From positions 15,528-79,527 of the forward strand of contig JBAUYZ010000068.1 in NCBI GenBank assembly GCA_049585055.1: a stretch of 64,000 nt of DNA. The letters are read 5' to 3'. The notes beneath the pieces are model-generated. The model made no database searches, was not told the origin of the DNA, and worked only from the letters and a program-made list of their open reading frames with translations. A program made the translations under genes and the position numbers. Shown piece after piece: positions 1 to 9,126 of this stretch. This stretch comes from Candidatus Cybelea sp. (GTDB lineage: Bacteria; Vulcanimicrobiota; Vulcanimicrobiia; Vulcanimicrobiales; Vulcanimicrobiaceae). Each line of letters starts with the position of its first letter. The first letter of the stretch is position 1.

Positions 1-279
1 GAGGACGTCGACTGCGAATTCGATCGAGCCGAGGTTGTCGTCGTTGAGAAAATTGCCGGCGACGCGAACGACGAAGAGCGCGCCGGGAGCTTGATCGAAG
101 ACCGTCTCGATCGGCACCCGCGAATCCGAGCAGCCGAGGACGGTCGCGAAAGGGCTCTGACCGCCGGCCAGCTCGGCGACGCGAGGCCCGTGCGGCTCGG
201 CCTGCGGCGTGCCGGCGACGAAGCGGGCGTTGCCGGCCTTGAGCAACTCGAGCGCTTCCGCGGGGGTGGTGCGAGGCAT
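1..279 (-). CDS. beta-class carbonic anhydrase, N-terminal 93 codons (gene runs off the left edge)
   Basis: My translation of the minus strand from the ATG at 277-279 gives MPRTTPAEALELLKAGNARFVAG...GQSPFATVLGCSDSRVPIETVFDQAPGALFVVRVAGN. The CSDSR and VxRxAGN motifs are beta-CA signatures. It is absent from the ORF track because there is no stop codon inside the window. Confidence 0.8.
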   Translation of the reverse strand, partial: MPRTTPAEALELLKAGNARFVAGTPQAEPHGPRVAELAGGQSPFATVLGCSDSRVPIETVFDQAPGALFVVRVAGNFLNDDNLGSIEFAVDVL

Positions 280-339
280 AGCAAGCGGCGCTTTCTCGCC
301 CGCACCCTTGCGCTCCCCGCCGTCCGTGTGGTAGTCTAA

Positions 340-522
340 CCGACGGCTCCAAAGACCGTAGCCGGCCGCAAGGCCTTAATGTTGACTACCGAGGAAGCGA
401 TCGTGAGAGTTTGCGGCATTGCAGGTGCGATGCGCAGTTCAAATGAGGCGCCCTCGAATGGGGCGCTTTTTGTTTAACCGCACATCTAACCGCACATCGC
501 TTTTTGCTGGAAACTAGGACGC
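340..522 (+). promoter_or_regulatory. rplJ 5' leader, possibly L10-leader-like with an attenuator
   Basis: A 180-nt untranslated region lies directly upstream of rplJ and contains a terminator-like hairpin. A tandem 12-mer, TAACCGCACATC x2, sits at about 474-497. Ribosomal L10 leaders occupy this position in many bacteria. Confidence 0.4.
446..475 (+). terminator. intrinsic terminator / attenuator hairpin upstream of rplJ
   Basis: The stem GCGCCC-tcgaatg-GGGCGC is followed by TTTTTGTTT. Confidence 0.55.
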
Positions 523-1053
523 ATGCCGACTACCCGTAAAGAGAGTACCGTCAACGAGCTGGCCGAAAAGCTCGCCGCAGCGAAGAATCTTTTCCTTACC
601 GACTACCAAGGGTTGACCGTCGACCAGATCACGCGCCTGCGCGGTGAGCTTCGTAAAGACGGAAATACCTACTCGGTGGTCAAGAACACGCTCTTCCGGA
701 TCGCGGCCGGCGATCTCGCCGGAGAATTGGAGCGGTTTCTTGCCGGTCCGACCGGCATCGTCTTTGCCGGTGCCGATCCGGTCGCGCCCGCGAAGGCGCT
801 CAAAACCTTCAGCGACACGGTCAAGAAAATAGCGGTCAAGGCCGCCTACATCGATGGCCGGGTCGTCGATGCCCAACAGGTCGAGAAGCTCGCTAAGCTT
901 CCGCCGAAGATCGAACTCATCGCAAGTCTCGTCGGCTCACTCGCCAATCCGCTTCGCGGGCTCGTTACGGTGCTCTCTGGAAATCAGAGCGGCCTCGTGC
1001 GCGTACTCGAGCGAATTCGCGAGCAAAAAACCGGCGCCACCGCAAACGCTTAA
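523..1053 (+). CDS. rplJ: 50S ribosomal protein L10
   Basis: A 176-aa ORF with the typical L10 N-terminus (VNELAEKLAAAKNLFLTDYQGLTVDQITRLRGELR). It lies immediately upstream of L7/L12. Confidence 0.95.
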   Translation: MPTTRKESTVNELAEKLAAAKNLFLTDYQGLTVDQITRLRGELRKDGNTYSVVKNTLFRIAAGDLAGELERFLAGPTGIVFAGADPVAPAKALKTFSDTVKKIAVKAAYIDGRVVDAQQVEKLAKLPPKIELIASLVGSLANPLRGLVTVLSGNQSGLVRVLERIREQKTGATANA

Positions 1054-1079
1054 TCGCTTAATAAGGATAACGACGTATC

Positions 1080-1448
1080 ATGGCAGTTGCCGAACTCATC
1101 GATCAAATCGATAAGCTCACCGTTCTCGAGCTGGCCGACCTGGTCAAACAGCTCGAAGAGAAATACGGCGTCTCCGCGGCCGCACCGGTCGCGATGATGG
1201 CCGCCGCTCCCGCGGCAGCCGCTCCGGAGGCCGAGAAGACCGAGTTCGACGTCATTCTCTCGGAGATCGGCGCGGAGAAGATCAAAGTCATCAAGGCCGT
1301 TCGCGAGCTCACGAGCCTCGGCCTCACCGAAGCCAAGGCATTCGTCGAGAGCGCTCCCAAGGCTGTGAAAGAGGGAGTCACTAAAGACGAAGCCGAGCAA
1401 GTGAAGAAGAAGCTCGAAGAAGCCGGCGCCAAGGTAGAGATCAAATAA
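1080..1448 (+). CDS. rplL: 50S ribosomal protein L7/L12
   Basis: A 122-aa ORF with an Ala/Pro hinge ([20 protein letters not shown]) and a conserved C-terminal domain ([34 protein letters not shown]). Confidence 0.97.
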   Translation: MAVAELIDQIDKLTVLELADLVKQLEEKYGVSAAAPVAMMAAAPAAAAPEAEKTEFDVILSEIGAEKIKVIKAVRELTSLGLTEAKAFVESAPKAVKEGVTKDEAEQVKKKLEEAGAKVEIK

Positions 1449-1504
1449 CGCCGCAGGGCAACCAAGGCGTTCCGGCGTGGGCGCAACTGCTGCCGCTGCT
1501 GCTC

Positions 1505-1972
1505 GTGGCAGTGCTGCTCGCCTATCGCATGATACGTCCGCAGAAGATCAGCGTGACCCGTATGTGGATCACGCCGATCTTTCTCTGCGCATTAACGGGG
1601 TGGGCGATCTACGCCAACGACCTACTCAACCCGGCGCCGCTACTCGAGATCGCAGCCGGTCTCGCGATCGGCGCGATCGTCGGCATTCCGTTCGGGATAC
1701 TTCGCGGCATGCACACCGACGTTCGCCCGACCGAGCGGCGCGGCGTGATGTACCTCGGGTCATCGTGGGTAACGCTCGCGATTTTCATCGGCGCGTTCGG
1801 GCTGCGTTACGGCGTCCGCGAGCTGATGCCCCAGCGAGGAAGCCTCTCCGCCACGCTCGGCGACGGGCTGCTCGCGTTCGCGATTGCGTTCATCGTTGCG
1901 AGCTACGTGGTGATCTTGCGCAAGTACGAGCGCCTCGTGCCGAAAGCTGCGGCGGACGAACTAAAAGCGTAG
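1505..1972 (+). CDS. small multi-pass membrane protein (possibly DUF1453/CcdC-like)
   Basis: A 155-aa ORF with 4 hydrophobic segments and coding-like codon bias. The family assignment rests only on weak recollection. Confidence 0.5.
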   Translation: MAVLLAYRMIRPQKISVTRMWITPIFLCALTGWAIYANDLLNPAPLLEIAAGLAIGAIVGIPFGILRGMHTDVRPTERRGVMYLGSSWVTLAIFIGAFGLRYGVRELMPQRGSLSATLGDGLLAFAIAFIVASYVVILRKYERLVPKAAADELKA

Positions 1973-1985
1973 CCGGCGCTCCGAA

Positions 1986-2294
1986 TCACATAGCGAGGAG
2001 CAGCGACGCGAGCGGGCGCTGGATATTTCGATGGCCGTGGAGTACGCGCACTACATAGACGCGATTGCGCTCCGCGCGGTAGAAGATGACGTAGGGCAGC
2101 ACCGGAAAAGACCGGATGTCAGAACCAAACTCGGGCCGACGTCTGCCGGCGCCGGGGTTTCGCACAATGAGCCGTTCAAGCGTCGCGATGATTCGGTTCA
2201 TCAAACCTTCTGCGGCGCGGCTCCCTGCACGCTCCGTGTGATAAATCTCGATGTTATCGAGGTCGTCAGTCGCTTGCGCGCTGTACCGAATCAC
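1986..2294 (-). CDS. parE: ParE/RelE-family toxin
   Basis: A 102-aa ORF with YVIFYRAERNRVYVVRVLHGHRN, a typical ParE C-terminus. It overlaps the upstream antitoxin ORF. Confidence 0.8.
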   Translation of the reverse strand: MIRYSAQATDDLDNIEIYHTERAGSRAAEGLMNRIIATLERLIVRNPGAGRRRPEFGSDIRSFPVLPYVIFYRAERNRVYVVRVLHGHRNIQRPLASLLLAM

Positions 2295-2568
2295 CAGCGG
2301 TTTCTCTCTGCGAGGCAGATCTCGCCGTTCGGCGCCGGGCCAGCTCTGCGCGGAGCTCCGCGGAACTCAACGTCCTGCCGGCACGGATATCGGCTTCGCC
2401 TTCGGCGATAGCGTTGCGTAGCCACTCTAGCTTGCTCGCCTCTTCCTCCATCATCAGGCGTATGCCATCTCGGACGACTTCGCTTGCATGCGCGTATTCG
2501 CCGGAGGCAACCTTTGCATCGATGTAGGCTTCCAATTCCTCCGGAAGCGAGATGTTCTTTGTGCCCAT
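2266..2568 (-). CDS. parD: ParD-family antitoxin (PF03693-like)
   Basis: The 100-aa sequence MGTKNISLPEELEAYIDAKVASGEYAHASEVVRDGIRLMMEEE...LRNAIAEGEAD matches the ribbon-helix-helix ParD pattern. It is the first gene of the pair. Confidence 0.8.
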   Translation of the reverse strand: MGTKNISLPEELEAYIDAKVASGEYAHASEVVRDGIRLMMEEEASKLEWLRNAIAEGEADIRAGRTLSSAELRAELARRRTARSASQRETAGDSVQRASD

Positions 2569-2697
2569 GGAGCTACGGTAGCACTCTTGGCGTTTTTTGC
2601 CAAGTACCGCGGCTTTGTCTCCAAGATCAAAAAGAGACTGGGGTCAACAGCCTATAGCTGCGAGGCGGGGAGACATTCTACCGCGGGGAAGATTCGA

Positions 2698-4287
2698 ATG
2701 GGAGGAGACTGCGATAGCGCTATGCCACGTGCAAATCCCGCTGCTTCGTTCGAGGCTTCCGTGCGCCATCTCTTTCGTCATTTGGATGACGTTAAAGAGC
2801 TCAAGCGTAATCCATTAGTGCAACAAAGCGGGCTCGGCGTTATTCGAGCGCGGATCCAAGCTGGGGCGAAGGACTATTGCGACGCCGCTGGACCCGAAGA
2901 GCGGGTGCGAGTCCAGAGACGGCTCGCAATCTTGAATGGTTGCCTCCAAGGACGGTCGGTTAAAGAGGTGGCGACTCAGTTAGAAATGTCGCTGAGGCAA
3001 TGCTATCGCGAGCGTTCTCTAATCCATCGCTACGTCGCTGAGTTCTTGCGGCGCGATGATTTCAAAAGCGTTGAGCCAGTTGCGCATATTGAGAGTGCCT
3101 TCGAGATTCAAATGGAAAGGGCCGCAGCCCGCGCCGCAAACGGTGACTATCTTCCGGCAATGCGCAAATACAAATCATTAATCGATCAGGGCAGCGTTTG
3201 TCAAAAACTGCGGGCACTAATTGGCCGCGCCGAGCTTGAACTGGAGCTCGGAGACTTGCGGTCGGCCGAATCATCCGTCGCCGCTCTTTCGACGTGTTCT
3301 GCGCAAGCCGACGATCTCCCCATGGTTGAAAACAACGAGTCAGGAGTCTACCAGCAACTCCTTTCGGCGAGACTGGCCTGGGAGACGGGGTCATTTGGCG
3401 AAGCTTTACGCAAGCTTTCCTTGGCGAGGAGTGCTGCGGCTGAGTTCAGGGCAGCTCCCGCGGACTGCCTGAGAGCCCTTTATGCCGATATTACCATCGA
3501 ATCTGCAAATCGAGCGTTCGATTTAGGCGATTTTGAGGCCACTAAAGCGTTCCTCGCGATTGCCAGAGAGAGTAGCGATACGCTTTCGGGCCCAGCTCAA
3601 AGGACGGCCAATGTTTTGCTGATGGAGTCGACGTTGAGTTTTGTCAGCGTGCGCCCGGGTGAAGATATTCCGCTTCATGACCCGATCGCGTTGGCCAGCC
3701 GAGCGCATTCCGTTGCCCTGCAGTGCGGGTCCATAAAGTGGCGGTTGAGGGCGGAAATGTTTCTTACCGCCTTACAGCGAGCGACGGTTAACGTGATGCA
3801 GCGGGGCGAGCTAATTCTCTCCCTCGCGAAAAGCCTCCACAATCCGCGACTATTTGCCATGCTATCGCTCGAGCTCGCAGATATGCTTTTGGAGACGCCT
3901 TCTTGGCGGGAGGCCGATCGATTGATGCGGGTTACTCTGCCACGCGAGAGCTTTTACGCCGGCAGCTTCAGCATGCTCAAAGCCGTCTATCAACTAAAGG
4001 CGCGAGCTGCTCCGGCTGCTAAGAGACACGCACAAGTCGCTCATGCGGTCGCACGACGAGCCGCCGCCCCTAGATTTCAGGCCTCGACACTGCGTCTTCT
4101 GGGATGCTCGTCATACATGTTAGGCGAGCGCGAGCAGGCCGCGGACTACATTATCTCTGCTGTGTCGCTCGCCGAGCAGTACGGTAGCGCGCCGGCACGT
4201 CTGAAAACGTTTCGGACCGCCGCGCTGATTACGGGCAAACGAAAGTACGCGCGAGAGGCGGAGCGGCTCGCATCGGCCATTCAATAG
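2698..4287 (+). CDS. hypothetical regulator: N-terminal sigma-70 region-4/LuxR-like HTH plus about 400 aa of helical (TPR-like) repeats
   Basis: The track ORF is 2488-4287. I prefer the ATG at 2698, which clears parD. The segment GRSVKEVATQLEMSLRQCYRERSLIHRYV looks like an HTH, and the rest is Ala/Leu-rich helical repeat. Confidence 0.5.
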   Translation: MGGDCDSAMPRANPAASFEASVRHLFRHLDDVKELKRNPLVQQSGLGVIRARIQAGAKDYCDAAGPEERVRVQRRLAILNGCLQGRSVKEVATQLEMSLRQCYRERSLIHRYVAEFLRRDDFKSVEPVAHIESAFEIQMERAAARAANGDYLPAMRKYKSLIDQGSVCQKLRALIGRAELELELGDLRSAESSVAALSTCSAQADDLPMVENNESGVYQQLLSARLAWETGSFGEALRKLSLARSAAAEFRAAPADCLRALYADITIESANRAFDLGDFEATKAFLAIARESSDTLSGPAQRTANVLLMESTLSFVSVRPGEDIPLHDPIALASRAHSVALQCGSIKWRLRAEMFLTALQRATVNVMQRGELILSLAKSLHNPRLFAMLSLELADMLLETPSWREADRLMRVTLPRESFYAGSFSMLKAVYQLKARAAPAAKRHAQVAHAVARRAAAPRFQASTLRLLGCSSYMLGEREQAADYIISAVSLAEQYGSAPARLKTFRTAALITGKRKYAREAERLASAIQ

Positions 4288-4408
4288 AGTAGAGCGACTT
4301 TTTGCCAGAATGGGCCCGTTTGCCAAATACGTTCACTTTTTCGGCGCGGATTGTTAAGATGGTGAAGAGATCGCATTTAAGGTTAGAGTTGGCTCGCTTG
4401 GAGGAATC

Positions 4409-5713
4409 GTGACTATGGTCACCCGGATCATTTTGATTTTGTGCGCGGTCGTGATGGCCGGCTGCAGCGGCAGCGCACTTAATCGAGCTTTGCCAAACGG
4501 AGTGCCTTCGATTACGAGGACGCAGTTTGCCGGGCCAAATCGGGCGGCGTCGCCGGCGTTCGAACACCTCTTTAGCTTCAACGATACCAACGGCGCCCAG
4601 CCTGAAGGCGGCCTGGTTGAACTGGGTGGCGCATTATACGGCACGACGCAGCTGGGGGGCGATAGCGGGTGCTTCGGCGGCTATAGCACACCGGGGTGCG
4701 GAACGGTCTTTACAGTGTCGACCGCCGGCAAAGAAGTCGCGCTCTATAGTTTCAAGGGCGAGCCTGACGGCGCAATATCCTGGGCACCTCTCATAAGCGC
4801 TAATGGTAAGCTATTCGGCACGACGATTAAGGGTGGGAACAGTCCGTGCGACTCCAGTGACAACGTGCCGGGTTGCGGTACCGTTTTCGAAATTACGCCG
4901 TCGGGTGGGGAGACGGTACTTCATAGTTTTCAGGGTGGCAGCGACGGCGCGACGCCGTCATTTTGGTCTCCGCTCGTCTTCGTGAAAGGCGCGATTTACG
5001 GAGTCACAGAGCAGGGTGGGGCAAATAATGCAGGTACCTTTTTCAGAGTAACGATGTCGGGTAAGGAGAGCGTTCTTTACAGCTTCAAGGCCCAATCTTC
5101 CGAATCGGATCCACGCAGCATCGTTTTTAGTAACGGGGCCTTCTACGGCGTCTCATTTGGCCAGGGAAGGACGTACAGCCCGAACTATGGCAGCGTCTTC
5201 CGAGTCACCATGTTAGGTAAAGAAAAAATAATTCACAGTTTTCAGGGTGCACCGGACGGAGCGAATCCGACCGGGCAGCTCGTCGCATCGGGGAATATGC
5301 TCTACGGCGTGACGACCAGCGGAGGCACGGGTAAATGCTATCCCTACGGCTGCGGAACCGTCTTTGGTGTGACAATTGGCGGCAAGGAAAGAGTCTTACA
5401 TCGGTTTGACTATCTTCGAACGGCAGATGGCGCGCTGCCGTACTCGGGTCTGGTCTTGCTGCACGGCGCTCTCTATGGTGCGACGGCCTCCGGAGGAGAG
5501 AAGAACAATGACGGGGGCGTCGTTTTCAAGGTGACGACGTCGGGAGCGGAGACCATACTGTATCGTTTTGGATTGTACGATAGGAACGGCACGTCTCCGG
5601 ACGGGGGCGTGACGGCGGTCGGCAACACGCTCTACGGCACCACGAGCTACGGCGGGAAGGTTAAGTCCGGCAACAAGGTCGGATACGGAACCGTCTTTAA
5701 GCTAAGATCGTAA
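4409..5713 (+). CDS. GloVer (Gloeo_Verruco, TIGR03803-type) tandem-repeat lipoprotein
   Basis: It has a lipobox (VVMAGC) followed by about 7 repeats of GG...GCGTVF.V...G.E.VLYSF.G..DGA.P...L....G.LYGTT. Confidence 0.8.
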   Translation: MTMVTRIILILCAVVMAGCSGSALNRALPNGVPSITRTQFAGPNRAASPAFEHLFSFNDTNGAQPEGGLVELGGALYGTTQLGGDSGCFGGYSTPGCGTVFTVSTAGKEVALYSFKGEPDGAISWAPLISANGKLFGTTIKGGNSPCDSSDNVPGCGTVFEITPSGGETVLHSFQGGSDGATPSFWSPLVFVKGAIYGVTEQGGANNAGTFFRVTMSGKESVLYSFKAQSSESDPRSIVFSNGAFYGVSFGQGRTYSPNYGSVFRVTMLGKEKIIHSFQGAPDGANPTGQLVASGNMLYGVTTSGGTGKCYPYGCGTVFGVTIGGKERVLHRFDYLRTADGALPYSGLVLLHGALYGATASGGEKNNDGGVVFKVTTSGAETILYRFGLYDRNGTSPDGGVTAVGNTLYGTTSYGGKVKSGNKVGYGTVFKLRS

Positions 5714-6568
5714 CGTTGCCGGCGTGACGCCGGTAAGGCGTTTCATGCAGCGCGCCATGTGGCTCTGGTCGGCGAAACCGGCCTGCAGGGCGACGTCGCT
5801 GAGCGCAAGACGTTCACGGACGATTAGATCGGTTGCATACTCGACGCGACTGCGGATGACGTATTGATGGACCGGCATGCCCGCGGTTCGTTTGAAGACG
5901 ACGCGAAAGTGTGAGGGGCTCATATCGACGAGTTGCGCGAGTTGAGCCAGCGAGAGCTCGTCGCTCAGGTGCTCGTGGATGTAGTCGACGACGCGCTGCA
6001 GACGGCGGCGCGAAAAACGTTGGTCGCAGCGTGCCGCTCCGGCGGGGGCGTACGCGCGCAGCAGATGCGAGGCGAGCGCGAGGCCGAGGCTCTCGCCGTA
6101 AAGACGGCCGAGGGGTTCGGAGGTTTCCAACTCGGCCTTCACCGCCCAGCCGATGTGTTCGATGCGCGGATCGCGGACGTGCAGTTGCGGTGCGACGGCA
6201 ACGCGATCGAGATTCACGCCCATCGCTTCGGCGGCGGAGTGCATCAGCAGCGGTCCGAGATACATCGTGAGCTTGACCGTCGCCGACTCGGTCTCCCAGA
6301 TGCGCGGCACGCCGGGCGGAACGATCTTGACGTCGCCGGGCACCTGCAGACGCCGCAGCGTTTTGCCGTCGCAGCGGCTGGTAACCAAGAGCGGTCGCCC
6401 GACCTGCATGCTGACGTTGTGGCGTACGTACTGATCCTTGGAGAAGCCGGCCGACGCTTCGTAGAGAATCGCTTCGAAGCCATTCCAATGCCGATCTTTG
6501 CTCGACGCGCGCGCGCGAAAAAGCATCTCGCGATCCTCGTGCCGGGCCCAGGCGCGTTCTTGCCACAT
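5702..6568 (-). CDS. AraC-family transcriptional regulator
   Basis: The C-terminus is a double AraC HTH (LSLAQLAQLVDMSPSHFRVVFKRTAGMPVHQYVIRSRVEYA...FADQSHMARCMKRLTGVTP). I moved the start to the ATG at 6568 (MWQERAW). The longer track ORF has an Arg-rich N-terminal extension. Confidence 0.85.
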   Translation of the reverse strand: MWQERAWARHEDREMLFRARASSKDRHWNGFEAILYEASAGFSKDQYVRHNVSMQVGRPLLVTSRCDGKTLRRLQVPGDVKIVPPGVPRIWETESATVKLTMYLGPLLMHSAAEAMGVNLDRVAVAPQLHVRDPRIEHIGWAVKAELETSEPLGRLYGESLGLALASHLLRAYAPAGAARCDQRFSRRRLQRVVDYIHEHLSDELSLAQLAQLVDMSPSHFRVVFKRTAGMPVHQYVIRSRVEYATDLIVRERLALSDVALQAGFADQSHMARCMKRLTGVTPATLRS

Positions 6569-6624
6569 GTCGAGGACCAAGTAACGCAGCGGGGCGGTCG
6601 ATCGTGACCGCCCCGTTCGCGTTC

Positions 6625-7944
6625 TTACGGGGTCAATAGACGGCTGCGAAGCATCCGGCGTAGAGCGTCGGGCAGACGCGGCCGGCGTACCGGCGCGCCC
6701 GCACGAAGGCCGGCCATGCCGCCGGCCGGCGTTGCCATGAAGGCCGGCGATTCGCTGCCGCAAGCACCGCTCGAGAGAACGCACGCGCCCCCGGTGATCG
6801 CGCCGCTATCGTTAATGTCGTTGGCGAAGATCAGATAGAGCGGCGAACTCGGCGGGATCAGCGTGTTGAGATCGGTCATCGTGCCGTTTTGCCAGATGAA
6901 CGCGCGGGCGCTCGATGGCCCGAACGATTCGCCGACCACCTGTCCGGTGTTGTTGATGCCGAGTGCTTCGCTATTCGTATCGCCGGGAAGCGTGCCGAGG
7001 TTCTGCATTCCCCCGCTCTTCGTCCAGAGAAATGCGACCGGATTCGGCGTGCCGTCTTGGTCGCCCGGCAAGTCGGCGAATCCGACGACGACGCCGTGAT
7101 TGTTGATTGCCATCGGCGTATTCCAAGAAACGCCGCCCAGACTTCCAAGTCGATGCACGCGTCCGTTCTCCCAGATCACCGCGTGACGGGCGGTGAAACG
7201 CCCCACGGCTTGATCGCACTTTCCGGAGATGCCGACGATCTGTCCGCGATCGTTGATCTCGGTTGCCGCGCCGTCGAGATCGCCCGGGTAGGGTGGCAGC
7301 TCGCGAATCTTCGTTCGACCCCACGGCTGGTAGACGACCGCTTCGAATCCGAGCACTTGCGGGCTCGTGCAGGTGCGATCGTGCTTGCGCGTCTCGGCCC
7401 AGCCGACGATCCTTCCGGCGTTGTTGGCGCCGGCGGCGAATCCGTTGTTGCCGCCGAGGGTTGGAAGCTGCAGCATGCGCCCGAGATGCCACGCGAAACC
7501 GCGGCAGATGCGTCCGCTGGGCGGCGGCGGGAAGAAGGCGCCCGCACACGACCAGACTTCACCGAGCTGTTGCGGTGCGCTGGTTTCGGAGATGCCGCTG
7601 ATGAGGCCGTTGTCGTTCTTGACGGGCCACTCGACGGCGCTGTTCGGGCCGCCGAGCGTGCCGAGATCGGTGGGAGCGCCGCCGTTTTGCCAGAGCGCGG
7701 CGTGAATGTAGGCACTCGAGGTTAGGGTTGAGAGACCGGTCACCCAGCCCGGATTATTGATGCTGCTGCCGGCGGCAAACGAGCCGCCGAGCGGCTGGAG
7801 CTGCGTAACCGTGTATTGCGATGACGATTGCGCGGAGTTCGCCGGAGGCACGGTGCCCACTCCGGGCGGTCCTCCGCCCGCCGACGATTGGCATCCGGCC
7901 AGAATCGTCAGCGCCAACGTGCAAGCTGCAATGCGAAATTTCAT
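6625..7944 (-). CDS. HAF-family (TIGR02913-type) extracellular repeat lipoprotein
   Basis: It has a lipobox (TILAGC) and repeated motifs: INN.GQVVG / INDRGQIVG / INDSGAITG, AFLW..GGM.NLGTL and AFIWQNGTMTDLNTL. Confidence 0.8.
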   Translation of the reverse strand: MKFRIAACTLALTILAGCQSSAGGGPPGVGTVPPANSAQSSSQYTVTQLQPLGGSFAAGSSINNPGWVTGLSTLTSSAYIHAALWQNGGAPTDLGTLGGPNSAVEWPVKNDNGLISGISETSAPQQLGEVWSCAGAFFPPPPSGRICRGFAWHLGRMLQLPTLGGNNGFAAGANNAGRIVGWAETRKHDRTCTSPQVLGFEAVVYQPWGRTKIRELPPYPGDLDGAATEINDRGQIVGISGKCDQAVGRFTARHAVIWENGRVHRLGSLGGVSWNTPMAINNHGVVVGFADLPGDQDGTPNPVAFLWTKSGGMQNLGTLPGDTNSEALGINNTGQVVGESFGPSSARAFIWQNGTMTDLNTLIPPSSPLYLIFANDINDSGAITGGACVLSSGACGSESPAFMATPAGGMAGLRAGAPVRRPRLPDALRRMLRSRLLTP

Positions 7945-8139
7945 CGGACTCCTCCATTAACGAGTATGGGAGGAGCGTAGCAGTGGTTGGAGGCGCTGTC
8001 GCCCACGTTCCGACGCTTCGGAGTACAAACGGACGGAGTTCGGCTAATGCGACGATAAGTACGGTATCCGATGGAACTGACGGCGATCGCCCGAAGATCC
8101 TTAGGCGTCGATCCGTTCTCGGATCAAGGAGCAAGGCAA

Positions 8140-9126
8140 GTGAAGGGCTTGGATTTCGGCCGCTATGTGTTAGGCGGCTTTGCTGCTGCGGCGATACTCG
8201 CGGGATGCGCCCTTCCCCTGAGCCTGTCGAAGGGTCAGGGTGACACGCAACAGCCCCCAGGCGCGTGGCTCCCGACGGCTTCTCAATCGGCCAGCCCGAA
8301 CAGACACGCCGTTTTAGCTGTGGCGAAATCGTTGCTGTATGTGGCGGATAGAACGACCGGTAGCGTCTACGTTCGAGCACTGCCGGGCGGTGCGCTCGTC
8401 CAAACGCTCTCAGGATTCCTCGAACCATACGGCGACTGCACCGACACCAAGGGCGACGTTTATATTACGGATTACGGAACGAGGGTCATTCGCGAGTACG
8501 CCCATGGTGCGGCGAACCCGATTCGCATCTTAACCGAGAGATACAGACCTTGGAGCTGCGCCGTTGATCCGCTAACTGGAGACTTGGCGGCGGCGAATGC
8601 CACGAACGAAGGTAGTCGAGGAATCGTGGCCATTTATTCGAGCGCCAAAGGCAGACCGGTTTACCGTTTTCGCAAGGGCCTTAGTTTTTTCTATTGCGCA
8701 TACGACAGCCAGGGAAACCTATTTCTCGACGGCCTCGGCCCAAGCGGAACGAGTGACGTCGGCCTGGTCGAACTTCGCAAGGGTCAAAGCGCCTTTACGA
8801 CGATCGCCCTCAATCAGAGTTTCACTTCGATCGGAGGCCTCGCGTGGAGAGGCACGCAAATGGCGGTCGGCGATCCAAAAAGTCAAATCATTTACAGTTT
8901 CAAGATGAGCGGGCAAAAGGGGGTCAAAACGGGTGGTACGCTCCTTACCGGCTCGGGCGAGCTAGGAGCGTTTTCGATCGCAAACAACGACGTCTACGTG
9001 CCGGCGGAGATCAAGGAATATCAGGGAGTCGTTCGAGTTTATCATTACCCGGCTGGCGGCCGACCGTATAGTACGTGGTTCGGTTTCGCCCTACCCACCG
9101 GTGTAGCGGTCAGCACGGTCAAATGA
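8140..9126 (+). CDS. family-A propeller-like lipoprotein (copy A1)
   Basis: A GTG start lies 8 nt after AAGGAG and aligns at nucleotide level with the start of copy A4. Lipobox AILAGC is present. Hallmark motifs are EYAHGAANP...CAVDPLTGDLA and C-terminal YHYPAGG. Confidence 0.8.
   Translation: MKGLDFGRYVLGGFAAAAILAGCALPLSLSKGQGDTQQPPGAWLPTASQSASPNRHAVLAVAKSLLYVADRTTGSVYVRALPGGALVQTLSGFLEPYGDCTDTKGDVYITDYGTRVIREYAHGAANPIRILTERYRPWSCAVDPLTGDLAAANATNEGSRGIVAIYSSAKGRPVYRFRKGLSFFYCAYDSQGNLFLDGLGPSGTSDVGLVELRKGQSAFTTIALNQSFTSIGGLAWRGTQMAVGDPKSQIIYSFKMSGQKGVKTGGTLLTGSGELGAFSIANNDVYVPAEIKEYQGVVRVYHYPAGGRPYSTWFGFALPTGVAVSTVK
8209..8252 (+). repeat. in-frame hairpin element after the lipobox codon
   Basis: CCCTTCCCCTGAGCCTGTCGAAGGGTC at 8210-8236 is identical to 9199-9225 and 13050-13076. 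It is followed by AGGGTGACACG, which resembles the intergenic repeat end TCAGGATGACACG. Confidence 0.75.

Noticed and set aside
91-339. An 82-aa plus-strand track ORF at the left edge.
   Set aside because: The opposite strand encodes a clear beta-carbonic anhydrase N-terminus with zinc-site motifs. The plus-strand ORF is its Arg-rich shadow.
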